In this document: positions 23,801-35,920 of the stretch, piece by piece
Layout of the letters: each line of letters opens with the position of its first letter
Numbering within the stretch: position 1 is the first letter of the stretch
Assembly (NCBI RefSeq): GCF_964355755.1
Contig: NC_092671.1
Location: 3,906,001-3,970,000, forward strand
DNA length: 64,000 bases
Origin: Antedon mediterranea
Taxonomy: Eukaryota; Animalia; Echinodermata
Direction of reading: 5' to 3'
The notes under the pieces: model-generated
Seen by the model: only the letters and a program-made list of their open reading frames with translations
Told to the model about the DNA's origin: nothing
The model's database searches: none
Made by a program: the position numbers and the translations under genes

Positions 23801-26800
23801 GCTGGGGAAGTCCTCGACATTTCGGTTGTTGTGCTACAACCGTACGTCTGCTGGCTTGAGTTGAATTCTAAATCTTAGACCCAACATATTTCCCCTTGGA
23901 GTCACATAGTGTACCACAAACCAACTTTACTGCGTTTATTCGCCATGCAAATGAACAATATCAGATATTTTGTCATTTGCGTTAGTAATTCCAAGCGAGT
24001 TCTAGTCCTAATAATATCAAAATTGTCTTACATTTTCACCATTAATCTTAAATTTTGACGATACACCATATCCAAGAAGTCCGTCAGACATGCGTATAAC
24101 ATTTCCATTTTCGTCATAATACGGTGATTCTGGAGCTTGTACATACATGCTGATATGATCATTTGATGCGGTTATTGTGACGTCATTATCAGTTGGACAA
24201 GAAACACCTAGACAAAAAACACATCCAGTGTAAATCCACATACCAGGACTATTCAATATCCTATTCAGTTTCATGTGAATTTAATGGCTATTTTATAACA
24301 TCATATGTTAATATATTATAATAATCATTTCAAATTAACTAATTACAAACATTTCAATAAAGAGTTTTAGAATTTAGTCTGTGTCTGTGGTGTTTAATAA
24401 CATTATTAAGATAATATATTACAATTTTTGCGGTATCTATTTACATTGTTAAAACATTTCCTTCCAATTTTAAGCCTCAAATCAAATTTGCATTCTATAA
24501 TATGGGCTCTAATCAAGCCCAGATTTGATTAGATCTTTTCAATTCACGTCCTGTTGGTAAAGTTGATTAAACTTAAAATCAAGAAATGTTTATTATAAAT
24601 CATTAAAAAAAATAAAATGGTTGCAACTTACTGTTGGTTCTTTTCTGATTGAAATCTTGGCATTTCTCTTCAGGGTTTTCGTTTATTGCTGTATTAACAC
24701 AGACTGTCCAGTCGATCATCAGGATATCATTTCCGTTTGGGTTGAAAGTTGGTTCGTTGTCTAAAATGCCCAGAAAACAACTTGTAGCATTGATATTCTG
24801 GCAGTTTGCAGGATAAGTCCAACTGTAATGTTACATTGTAAATAAGAAATTTCAGTATTGTTAATTAGTGGAAGATCCACGATTCTGAAAATAGAAATTG
24901 GGAATGGGTAGTGGAGAGCATGGACCTGTAAAATAATTGTTTATATTTTAAAAACGTGTTGGGAGGCTCAATGAACCGCTGATGGTGTAGCCTAGAAGAC
25001 TGGGGTAATAGGTCTACATATAAAAGAACGTTTCACATCACCTCTTTGTTATTTTCAAATATTGAAATTAGTTATATTTTAAGATAGACATATTTGCTTA
25101 TTAAAGAGATAAATTATTAGGCGTGCGTATTGAACTTTCTTATGAACTTAAAGTATATCCTATACATAGTTTTCAAAGTTGCATCTTAAACCTTGGTTCA
25201 CACTAGGACAACGCAAGCACGTAACCGCACCGCAACAATTTGACCAATCACAAGCGATGGATCATCCGAACTGTCGCTTGTGATTGGTCAACTCACTTGC
25301 ATTGCGCCTCATTCGCGCTGCGTTGTTATCCAAGTGGGAACTATACGCTTTATCAAAATTATCACTTATTTAAATCAGTATTATTTATTTTTTTATATAT
25401 ACCGTGACTCATCCTGTGTGTATTTTACCGAAAAGTGTTCAACATCTCTTATCGGTTTCCATGAGACTGTCGTTTCCAAATTTAAAGTCTTTACTTGTAA
25501 GTCTGCTAGATGTGAAACTAGACAAATAGAAATTGAAACATTTAAAAAGATGTTTTCTTTATTTTGTTAACTTTAAAATAGCTGGACAATTTATTCGATT
25601 CACATGAGTGATCATTCGTTTCTGGAGCTTGTTTGCCCACTTTCTCTTTATCATGATTTGTTTTATTTTGCGCGAATATAATCGTCATTTGGAAAACATA
25701 CTTTATTTAGCGATTGCCAATAACGAATTGTTACGACAAAGCGTCTCTGTGGTAACGTATAGTAACGTAATTTGACGTAACAAGTACGAATGTGAAAATT
25801 CATGCATCTTAGCATGTCATTAATCCTCGCGAAACGTATAGGCTACATGCTGAGGTATAGTCATGCCCAAAGTATCTATCTAGTTAAGTGTTTCTAATGC
25901 TGTAGACCTATTCCTTTACGAGTGTTATATTTTTTCTCAAACTATGACACGCCATTTGTGTTTATATTTTTTACCAATATTAAGCCGAAGGCCGTCTAGA
26001 ACATAGACTGCACAGTATACTAGTACTACACGTAGTGCAGCAAGGATACATACAACGCTTTAACTCACGGGTAAATGTTTGTATCTCTTCAAGCCCAATG
26101 ACAAATTTAAGAAACCGACACTTCTGGTATAATGGAACACGAGAAAGGCGATGTTACATGTAAACATAGAGGAATGAGTAAACACCCATTTAAAGGCAAT
26201 CGCGCGTTAATACCAATTTTGCCACACAAAGGCGTTATAAACGCATTATTAATACACTGCATTTTTATGGTTGATACATATTTATTTAATATTATTTGAT
26301 TAATTGCCTAGCTTTAAGAAACTATGCTTATACGATCTCATTGTTAAAGTTTGTAAAATAATCATGCTTGAAGGATGCTGAACATAGGCCTATATTTTAC
26401 AATAAATGTTTACATAGTTTGTATATTATGTTTATGCAGTGCGTTATAATTCATAAGTACCGTAATATTGAGTGTAAAGTAAAGTTGAACAGCAGTTTAT
26501 GGACTCTTTTTATTATAATAGTGCCATTATGCTCTCAAAATTTACTTTTACTATTCTATGATAAAATGATTAGATTAGAAGTATATAGTTTTTTAGTTAT
26601 TGCATGTAGGCCTATTATAGATTGAAGTTTTTTTATACCAAATGTATGATCTTATGTAGACTTAAATGGTTAGATGTGTGCCCAGGCCTATTGTGAACGT
26701 GTTTTACTTCAACTAGGCCTACATCAGTTTATTTAGTTTGTATACTTCTGAGTCATATTCAATTCTTGGATGTGTGATATTGGAATTTCCCTGTGCGTTA

Positions 26801-27849
26801 CCGGATTGATAATATATATAGTGTACTATGTCAACTTGACCAAAATCAATATGCCAAATCATCGTCCATGTTTATAACGTTTAGGCTTAACGCTAATAAT
26901 TCTTATCGTTGCTCATCAATATTAGTCAAAGTTCACAAGATAAGAATATTTATTGTAAATTATTCATCAAATGATTGTCAATTCGTGGCTTTCAAATTTC
27001 AAACAAAAATATTCATTGTCGATTTCAGAGAACTACTGTAATACAACAATTATTATCATTTGATTACGTCACTTAAATACTCTAAAATAAATCCCTGAAT
27101 CTCTAAGGCCTATAGATATACAGGGTAGAAGTAAAGTATTTGTAGTGTTGATTTGAGAGAAAGTTTATCGTCCTCTTTTCGTAAGCCCTAAAATGAATAC
27201 TATAACCAGATTGTTGGTTCTGGAACCGCCCTTTCGTAAGCCCTAAAATGAATACTATAACCAGATTGTTGGTTCTGGAACCGCCCTTTCGTAAGCCCTA
27301 AAATGAATACTATAACCAGATTGTTGGTTCTGGAACCGCCCTTTGCGATGTCAGGTACAATTAAACATTACTCTTTATAAAGAAGATTAGGCCTACATCA
27401 TGTGCACCTTAATTACAGCAATACACCATAATAGTAGACTCTGCATATTGAGCGTGTTCATTATTTCAATTTCAATGTGAAAGTCCTCGGCTGCACTGTG
27501 AGGTGAAGGTGAGTCCCGTGTTCTCTGAACGTAGGGGAGTGAGCTGTTAGGAGCTCATTGTACTAAGCCTCGGCATTATGTGGTAGGGTGGCCAGTTCCT
27601 TTCCACGCCGCCTTTTTTCTCATTTACAGCTGAGTGGACTGGGAGTTGTCGGGAATTGAACCCGGGTCTATCTGTATGACAGTCAAGTGTCTATCCAACT
27701 CCATATACGCACTGTACCATACGCAAAAAGTCACATTGACACTTGACACTACCACTACCTAAATTAATTATTTTACCTGTTGCTGACACATGTTGTACTT
27801 GTATTCCTCCAATCAACACTAAACAACAGAATAAAGTTATCCTGGACAT
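20856..27849 (-). CDS. Class II helical-cytokine-receptor-like type-I membrane protein, 590 aa; exons 27849-27777, 25517-25403, 24822-24632, 24207-24032, 23456-23294, 23033-22957, 22513-22294, 21758-21589, 21443-20856
   Basis: Signal peptide MSRITLFCCLVLIGGIQVQHVSA; D200-like module (NLETTVSWKP...FSVKY...WTYPANCQNINATSC; VTITASNDHISMYVQAPESPYY); extra FN3 domain (VRVDWQEPPQDQNGEITRYEIKY); TM YIALLVIFIFFFFMALVFILG; Tyr-rich tail. The 1773-nt join is open with GT-AG junctions. Confidence 0.8.
27177..27344. repeat. Perfect 55-bp tandem triplication in receptor intron 1
   Basis: TTTCGTAAGCCCTAAAATGAATACTATAACCAGATTGTTGGTTCTGGAACCGCCC x3. Confidence 0.92.
27500..27715 (-). mobile_element. tRNA-derived SINE fragment
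   Basis: B-box GGTTCAATTCC at about 27655-27665, followed by a GTCCACTCAGCTGTAAATG core-like segment. Confidence 0.6.
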
Positions 27850-28918
27850 ATTTTCCGTCTTGTTAAATGTCCCTATCCTGGTTGCGTCGTGACGTGCATG
27901 ACCAGTACCGCCTCCAGTGGTTGTAAAAAGTACAATAGCGTGCTGCATTTGTGTTAAACCTAATCAGTCGGGTCATTAAACTGACAATGTTTGTATTTTG
28001 ATAACATACAATTTCTATTCCGTGCTTTTATAATACGGACCCGGAAATATGGATTTCAGTGTAGACAAACAATAATGATAATAATACGAAACAAAGAATT
28101 AAACACAATATTTTGTTTGAAGTTCTCCCATGCGGAAGATTATTTAATATAAAAATCGATTATAATGGCAAAGGATTTCCATTCATATATTCCTGATATG
28201 TTCGACAAAATTATGATGATACAGCCTTTTCTGCAAATGTTTTGATTTATTCGTAGGGTATACTCTAATTCTATATTAATAATTATTATTTTAGTACCAT
28301 GCAAGAGTCACAATAGCAAATAAGTAAAAATATTCATTTAGAGGGAAAAAAAAGTTTCGTATTCTATACTGGTATTGTTACGCCTACATATTATGTCCTA
28401 ATGTTTACTTTTTATCGTATTCAGTAAGTTAGTTTCAATGTATATGTAAATAGAAACCAAACGTTACCGCTGTCGTAAAACTTCAATCAAATACAAATCA
28501 TAATTATGTAAATAATTGTATGTTAAACCATGGAGCTATAAAATGTTAACTAATTCCTCTGGTATCCTGGATTCAGGTGTTTGTGATAGATCATCAGGTG
28601 TATAACATCATCATCAAGATATTCTGTTAAATCACATGATACATTTTGTTGAATACAATTATTTTACATTATTTTTTTTTCTTTCTTCACAAATAATAGT
28701 ATATATTATACAATTATAGTAAGTTAATAAAACTGAAAAAAAATGTCTTATATTCAATGTGTAAGGAATGGTAGGACATAACAATAAAATATCAATTATG
28801 TATATCTTATAAACAGCGTATATCTATTACGTCATCAATATAAAATCAACCAAGACACATTTTATATTAGTTGCATATAGTAACCGTTCATATTGTGTAT
28901 TTCTTTTAGATTCTTTTA

Positions 28919-31506
28919 TCATTTACTTTTCTTCTTTTTTCCTTGAGATTTTTCTTTCTCTTGAGCTGCAAGTTTTGCCATTGTTTCAGCAAAGCTCATA
29001 GCACTACTTCTCATATCTGTTGTTTCGTTCGAAGTTCTTCCTAATCTATCACCTCGCCACTTTGTTTCCTATAAAAAAAAGAGATTTTTTTCACGGGATG
29101 CTTATTTGATCATAGGAATTATTTACCGATTTTCAATGGCTTTACAACCGTAAATCAACCAGATGGTGATGATAATTTTTCAAAGTAATATAAATTTGAA
29201 TAAATGTTGGTGCTTTTTATATTTGATAATAATAATTGATTAATATCAAGTTTTTTTAACTTATTTTTTTATAAAACTTTTAGTCTATTCAAAATTCAAT
29301 ATATTTCCAAAGAGAGTATAAAATAAAAGCCATAATTATTATTTATAATAAAAAAATGAATTGAAAAATTATAAACACGGAGCTGCCCTTTAAGTTACCC
29401 AGAAACACTACCGTATCTCTTTGTGCATATATCAATTCTAACAATTGTGGGAAATTCCCCGTGTGTCGGTATCGTATAATATTGATTTTCTCAATACTTT
29501 CATGATTTCCGAATCGAAAATCGAACCATAAATGTTTACAGAAGCTAGAATACAAAAGATATATGCGCGTATAAAACACAGAGTAGGAGTGTCTGTGGAG
29601 CTCGGTGGCGCACGCGCTCTTCTTTCTGTAGCCACACCAGGAGGGGTTTATTTTACAACTCCCTGGCAAAACTCAATTGATCAACTTGTTCATATCAATT
29701 GCTTTTGCCAGAATATCATCATAATTTAACTAGTTTCTAGATATCATTTGACCGACATTTCATTTTCAAGGTTATTAAATCCAATATTCAATAAATTACA
29801 TCTGATTATTTGATGTTTAGTTAAGCGTGCCAATATGAGTTTGTTTATCAAGACGACCGTAAATGGTATAAATTATAAAGCCAAGATGGTGGCATTACCT
29901 ACCCTCACTGTTGCTTTAATTCCCTGTGATCTCTGAGAACCTCGAATTGATCCATTTCTACTGAATTTCCCTGAAAAGTGAGGTAACTATTTAAAAAATA
30001 TACCCAAGTGTTAATTTTCTTTTCACTTATCTTGTTTTTACATGGTTAGACTTGACAAACTGAAGTGGAGAAATCTACTAAACAAATTACATATGTAAAT
30101 AATTACAATAGCTGATTAATCAGTAATAATATAATCAGGGAAGAGTTTTAACTCTTCCCTGATATAACGTTAAATCATTATAAGATAATAAAAACAAAAT
30201 GTAGGCCTACTACTGAAACGTATCAGTGTGCCATGGTATTACTCGAGTCGTAAATTCGTTTTGTACGGCCAGAATTCGGAAGGTACAATAAGAAAACATG
30301 CCATTTCCACTTCTTAAAATTTCACTCAAAATTGCCAAAAAAATGTATAAGGTAACATGCTTATAAAATAAGTCTCAGCTTGAGTTTAGAAAGAGTGAAG
30401 TAGAAAGTGTCGTGAAGTTACAACCATGAGACTATAGGACACAACTTAGGAGGGTTGAACCCTACACTTTGGAATTGGAAGGCAAGCATTAACGACCGCA
30501 GCTTTCAACATGTACGCCTATATTTGTTCTGTTTATTTATATAACGTGTTGTCGATGATGATTGTGTTACATACAGTTTTATAGGCTTTCGTTGTTTCAC
30601 TGGCAATAACTGGCATTATTCGATACCGTAATATAATGGCCTTAAGATAAGATAAGATAAGATAACTTTTATTGATCCTCAAAAAGGAAATTCATTGCTC
30701 GTCATAATAACAAAGAAAACACAATAAAAACAAATATAGCATAAAACCATTCATATAAAAACATCTAACAAATTACAAGATAAAATTATCTTCTTGACTT
30801 CCTGTACTGGATGATACCGGAGGGAATAAAGGATTTAGCAAATCGATTTGTTTTCACACTGAGGAGCCTCAATCTACCACTTGGATTAAGTTGGTCTATG
30901 ATCACTTTGTGGAGAGGATGAGAGGCATCCGACTCAATGCGTTCGAAATCTTTCTGGAGGTGTTCTAGGTGCACATCGGTAAAGGAAGGCAGTTCCAGAC
31001 CAATCATTTTACCAGCCCGACGGATGAAAGTTTCAAGGCGTCCTTTATTCCCTCCGGTAACATTACCAGCCCAACAGGAGAGGCAATACGTCCAAACACT
31101 ACAAATAACGGATCTATAGAACGAAAGTAACATCAAATCACAGGAGTTAAATTTATATAAAGTTCTCATACAATACATTCTGGGATTTAATTTTTTGCTG
31201 ATGAAGTCTATATGGTCTCCCCAACTCAGTTTATCATTGAAAACAATTCCTAGATACTTGTACTGGTCAACAATTTCAATTTCTTTACCTTTGATAGTGA
31301 TTGGTTGAAAATTAAATTTATGTTTAGTCCTAAAATCAATGATCATCTCCTTTGTTTTTTTATGCATTTATTTGTAGATAATTATCGTCACAAAATTTAA
31401 CAAATCTTTGTATTTCGCTACGATAATTGCTTAAAAAGAAATGAAAAAATGGATTCTTACCCTCTGAAGGTGTTTGTGTCCGTGTTACTACCTTCTTATC
31501 AGCCAT
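28919..31506 (-). CDS. 87-aa soluble R-SNARE-like (amisyn/tomosyn C-terminal-like) protein; exons 31506-31461, 29970-29903, 29068-28919
   Basis: In-phase GT-AG join: MADKKVVTRTQTPSEGKFSRNGSIRGSQRSQGIKATVRETKWRGDRLGRTSNETTDMRSSAMSFAETMAKLAAQEKEKSQGKKKKSK*. RGDRLGR..ET.DM..SA..FAET..KLA resembles the amisyn SNARE motif. Confidence 0.6.
30643..31432 (-). mobile_element. 5'-truncated LINE (Rex1/L2-group RT C-terminus) in intron 1 of the mini-SNARE gene
   Basis: KKTKEMIIDFR...VDQYKYLGIVFNDKLSW...FYRSVICSVWTYCLSCW...SHPLH...SGRLR...TNRFAKSFIP; (CTTAT)n tail at 30643-30665. Confidence 0.9.
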
Positions 31507-31933
31507 TGCAAAATTATTTCAACCATTTAATCTTTAAAAATATTATTAAACTCCTACAAAAACAGTGTACCATGGTTAGATGCAACTGAATATTGATATA
31601 GATCTAACTTTCCTTCTGCCTTTATTTCTGTCTTCCACTTGGTTTGCCATAATGATTGATACCCGACAAATGAATTGATTATTATGAAATATTCAACACT
31701 TGAGGAAGAGAGAAGAAATGGGAAGGGGAAATAGGGGTTTATTTATTTATTATTTTTGTAGATTCGTCCCACTTTTATGTAATTTGTGGTACATTTTTTT
31801 AATCTAATTAAATTTTAAAATGTACCATTATTAATTAGTTTGATAATACACCGTATTGTTTCACATTTACGATATTAATACAATTGGCCCAAAAAACGTA
31901 TTTAAAAGGTGTACTTTAGAAATTACTTCCTTA

Positions 31934-32112
31934 AGCGTGGTTCCCACTAGCGACGCAACGCAAGGACGTAACGCAACGCAAGTGAATTGACCAATCACAA
32001 GCGATGGCTTATTCGCTTGTGATTGCTTAGTGTCTATAACTTCGCTTGTCATTGGTTAAAACGCTTGCGTTGCGTTTACATCCTTGCGTTACGTTCTAGT
32101 GGGAACCAAGCT
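31934..32112. mobile_element. Palindromic PIF/Harbinger-type MITE (family B); related copies at about 9915-9986, 25187-25345 and 51020-51080
   Basis: TIR AGC(G/T)TGGTTCCCACTAG; TTA on both flanks; internal ACCAATCACAAGCGA / TCGCTTGTGATTG inverted pair. Confidence 0.8.
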
Positions 32113-32378
32113 TTATACTTATTTCTACTTTATTTACACCTAAATATGTTTATTTTAATTATTTCATGGTAAAGAAGAAAAAAGAATTGTTTGTACATTA
32201 CTGTAGATAAAATTAATATTTGATGATATTGATAACAGATTTTTAACTGAATTAATTAATTTATGTCTAATTTAGTTTTCATCGAAATTTACCCGCTGCA
32301 AATCAATCCATTGTATTTCGAAAATCGGTCATTGCGTGTTAGAAAATTTTAAAAAAAACCCGTCACTTCCTAGAAAAA

Positions 32379-32591
32379 GAAGCGAATAACTGATAAGGTG
32401 CACGCAGCATAGTTAAGTAGCTGTGTAGTCATAAGTGGTCAAGTAGTCCAAAACTATCATAAGTTTGTTTATCATTGTAATCTTCTTTCTCTCGTACCTT
32501 ATCGTAATGTTGATTTACCAAGTTAAGCCTGAAATCAGCAAACTGGAGAGGGCTCCTGACATTTCAAACGCATACGGATTTATTTCGTCAC
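32379..32591. repeat. About 200-bp dispersed repeat, second copy at about 44718-44929 in the same orientation
   Basis: Shared ACTGATAAGGT.CACGCAGCA...CTTATCGTAATGTTGATTTACCAA...ACTGGAGAGGGCTCCT.ACATTTCAAACGCATACGGATTTATTTCGTCAC. Confidence 0.85.
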
Positions 32592-33204
32592 CGGGTATTG
32601 TCACCGCCATTTACAGGATGATATCAAATACAATTTGACAAACTTTAACAAAAATACATGAAACTACATTCAAACATAGGAATTTTAATAAAATTGAGTA
32701 AAGAATCAATATTTGTTCTCAATTATGACGCTAGGCCTACTGGTTTTTACTGTTTGTTGTACACAATATGTACAATTAATTGTGTATCGCTACAAAAGGC
32801 GAAATTAATCAACTTAGGCCAATGTATTGTTTTTATTGAGGCAATAATAAAATTGCCAGCTGAAATCAGTAAGATTTTTTATTTTATAGAATTCTTGTTT
32901 CAAGCAAATGTTTTCTTAAAATAAGTAATAACTTATTCTATAGATTCTTGTTTCAAGCCATATTTTCTGAAGTAAGAATTCTTTTTAAAAAAATTACTTA
33001 TTTTAAAAAATATAATTTTTTTTTCTTACTTAGAATTTTGTTGTGTGATGATACTACAGTTGTACTCAGATAACACGGTAATCAATGCTTTGAACTATTG
33101 GCGGGGAATAGTATATTTGAGGCGTTTATTACCAAACATCACAATTTATAATCACTGCACTTCCACTACAAGGCAGACGTGTGTCTTACTTGAGATTGTA
33201 GTAG

Positions 33205-33301
33205 AGTTGTTTTCGTCGTGATAAAAATAGCTGTTTTCGTTGTGATAAAAATAGCTGTTTTTGTCGTAATAAAAATAGCTGTTTTTCTTGTGATAAAAAT
33301 A
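33205..33301. repeat. 24-bp tandem repeat x4
   Basis: GCTGTTTTCGTTGTGATAAAAATA variants. Confidence 0.85.
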
Positions 33302-34949
33302 GGAACGAGTGGAGAAATCTAGTGAGGTGTATGTATTTCCAAGGCAGCCCAGGAGGAAAAGCACATGTACCTCTCGGAGAAAATAGACCTATTCATTCAT
33401 TCATTCTATTTTTTTCAAATAAAGAATAATTATAACAAAACACTTGAAATTAACATATCTTATTACTGTAATGGAAATTGTTTAAGGAACTTTAAGGCTA
33501 AGTCTTCAGAGGATATTCATTATAACGATGGTAAATAAGTAATTCTTCAAGTGTCCTTTGTGATCAGCTTCGACTGGATGGTCCAAGGATTAATACATAG
33601 AAAGCAAACGTTATTACCGCCGTCGTCGTCGTCGTCGTAAAACTGAATAAAACAATGATCATACTTTAATTTATTTCTAAATTTATTTTGAAGTTGACAA
33701 ATGTAAATATTCAAAGATAAAAACACAGAACCCACTAAAGCAACTTTTTACCCTTAACCCTTAAATAATTGTCAGAATAATTATACTGAAAGAAACCAAT
33801 ATATTAATTATATCATTTTTAAAAATAAATAATACTGGTAATTTAAAAAAAATGGTAATTAAAAAAAAAGGGTAAATAAAATAAAATGGTAATTAATCAA
33901 ATCTCTGTTAAGTTTTAATGATTCTGAAATTATATGTTGAAAGTAAAACCAGCAAAGAGTCATTCTTTCGTATAACGAGCATTTTGAACATTTTAGGTAA
34001 CTTTACTCCCTGTATATTTCAGACATCAGTTTATAAATTGACATTCTGGACGTAGAAGTATAATTATGAATTTGTTGAAACACAAGAATTTAATTTAATC
34101 AGGAGAAAAAAACATTATAATTTTAAATCTGTATCGATTTACATTCTAAACTTTAGTAAACAACAGGCAGTCAATTTAATGTTTTTAATTCATTGTAGCC
34201 AACATGAGTTTGAGGATCCAGTTATAAAATATATCTGATAACATACAAACCAACATGTAAATTTGTTACTTTTGTTTTCAATATTATAACCACAATAAAA
34301 AAAAAATAGGGCAAAGCCAAGCTTATGGTACGTATCTTTTCTAAACAAAGATTTAATTGATAAAACTAAAACAATTGATAATGTCTCAAATATATTGACA
34401 CAAAATACAATGTGTATTACCACAACCAATCGAAACTACAATGTTTCGATAGTCTTCTAAACCATCTTCAGTGAAATAAACTGATTAAGTGGTTGCTAAA
34501 TCTACTATAACAAATTGCATGTTTGCAAGAAATTCATTGAGAATAATAATGGTAATAATAATATTGTTGAAAAATGTTAACTTTTGAAGGTGATTTTAAA
34601 ACATATAACAATAAAACAACCAAAGAATTTGAATTCTACTAAGACCACAAAACTATTTTAACAACATTTTCCAATATAAATTCTTACATACTATCACTAC
34701 AACAGTATATTCATGTAAGTTATCAACGGAAATATTTTAAGATGCGGGTATTTTTATTTGTTTTAGATATTACGACCTTCGGAAATTCATTATTACTGAT
34801 AGATACAGCAGTGTATAATCAAAACATAAATTGTGTTTGGTTCAATTTCCATTAAAAAAAATAACACTTAAAACCCACAAAACCCACACAATTTAATTGT
34901 TTTGTTATCAATCTTATAATTGGTTTTAGCTTTTCGCATTTTCCTTCAT

Positions 34950-35080
34950 CAGTATAAGTTGCTTTTCTTCTTTCTTTGAGATTTTTCTTTTTCTAGAACT
35001 GCAAGTTTTTCTGCAACTTGCAGAAAAACTTTGAAAAAGGCTCTTTGACCTTATTTTCTCATTTTAGTTGTTGTAGTCTC
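34950..35080 (-). pseudogene. Degenerate copy of the terminal exon of the mini-SNARE gene
   Basis: Reads ETTTTKMRK*...AEKLAVLEKEKSQRKKKSNLY*, versus ETTDMRSS...MAKLAAQEKEKSQGKKKKSK* at 29068-28919; nucleotide similarity is visible. Confidence 0.65.
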
Positions 35081-35920
35081 TAGGATTCATCTATAAAATA
35101 CAAAATGGAAAAAATCGCATATTTATTGTTATTTATATGCGGCCAAATTGAAAATTTATCGTTTAGGACTGTAAATAGAGGTTAAAAGTCGGAATAATTT
35201 TATATACACGAATTCCTTTTGTTCTTTATTTCCCTACTTAAAAGTGATCACAAGATTAAGTTGTGTTATAAATACTGCTAGGTATAGTCAGTATCACTCC
35301 TACGACACAAATCAGTAAACATGTTGAAAAAGAGTGTTGATATAATACGCTTTTAGAATATTGACAAAAATACTCACTCGTTTCTGGTTGGCAGCATACT
35401 CCTCCAAATAACCACGAAATCTGAGTATGGATTGTTTAACCTGTTGCTTTTCCCAGCAATCCAAGTTAAAATATGGCTTTTCCATCATACTTGTCAAATC
35501 ATTGATAAGTTTACCGAAAGTCTCTACGTGACGTGCATCTTGTTGTCTGTCATGCATTTCGGCATACATACACATTTCTGTGGTATCTACTTGAAATACC
35601 TGATGTCTGGCCTGATCCTTTTCGGTCTGTAATGCACTGGCCTTCAGATATTTGTCGGATTTTGCATCTAATTCGGAAAACAAGTCCGGTATTTCTATGT
35701 TGATGTTAGTCTCACGTCTGCTGCGTATATACCATACACCCAGTAACACTTCAGCTAAAGTGTTGACAAAAAACAATCCGTCGCTATCAACGTCTTCTGA
35801 AAAACATCTCCATCCTAGACCACGTTTTTTAAGCCATATAATTATGTCATTTTTCAGATGTGGGATAGTGTGGTTTGGGCTGTCAAACAGTTGGGGAACA
35901 ACAACTTGATCTTCTTCCAT
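35064..35920 (-). CDS. Uncharacterised protein of about 189 aa; exons 35920-35378 and 35090-35064
   Basis: 543-nt open exon from ATG ending at CGA|GTGAGT; acceptor TTTTATAG at 35091 adds MNPRDYNN*; CCAAT motifs about 120 bp upstream (36033-36050). Confidence 0.6.

Noticed and set aside
26070-27040. Possible extra receptor exons in intron 1
   Set aside because: Candidate splice sites give stops or incompatible phases; the signal exon joins 25517 directly.
28030-28745. ETS, NF-kB and IRF-like words upstream of the receptor gene
   Set aside because: Short, partial matches expected by chance in AT-rich DNA.
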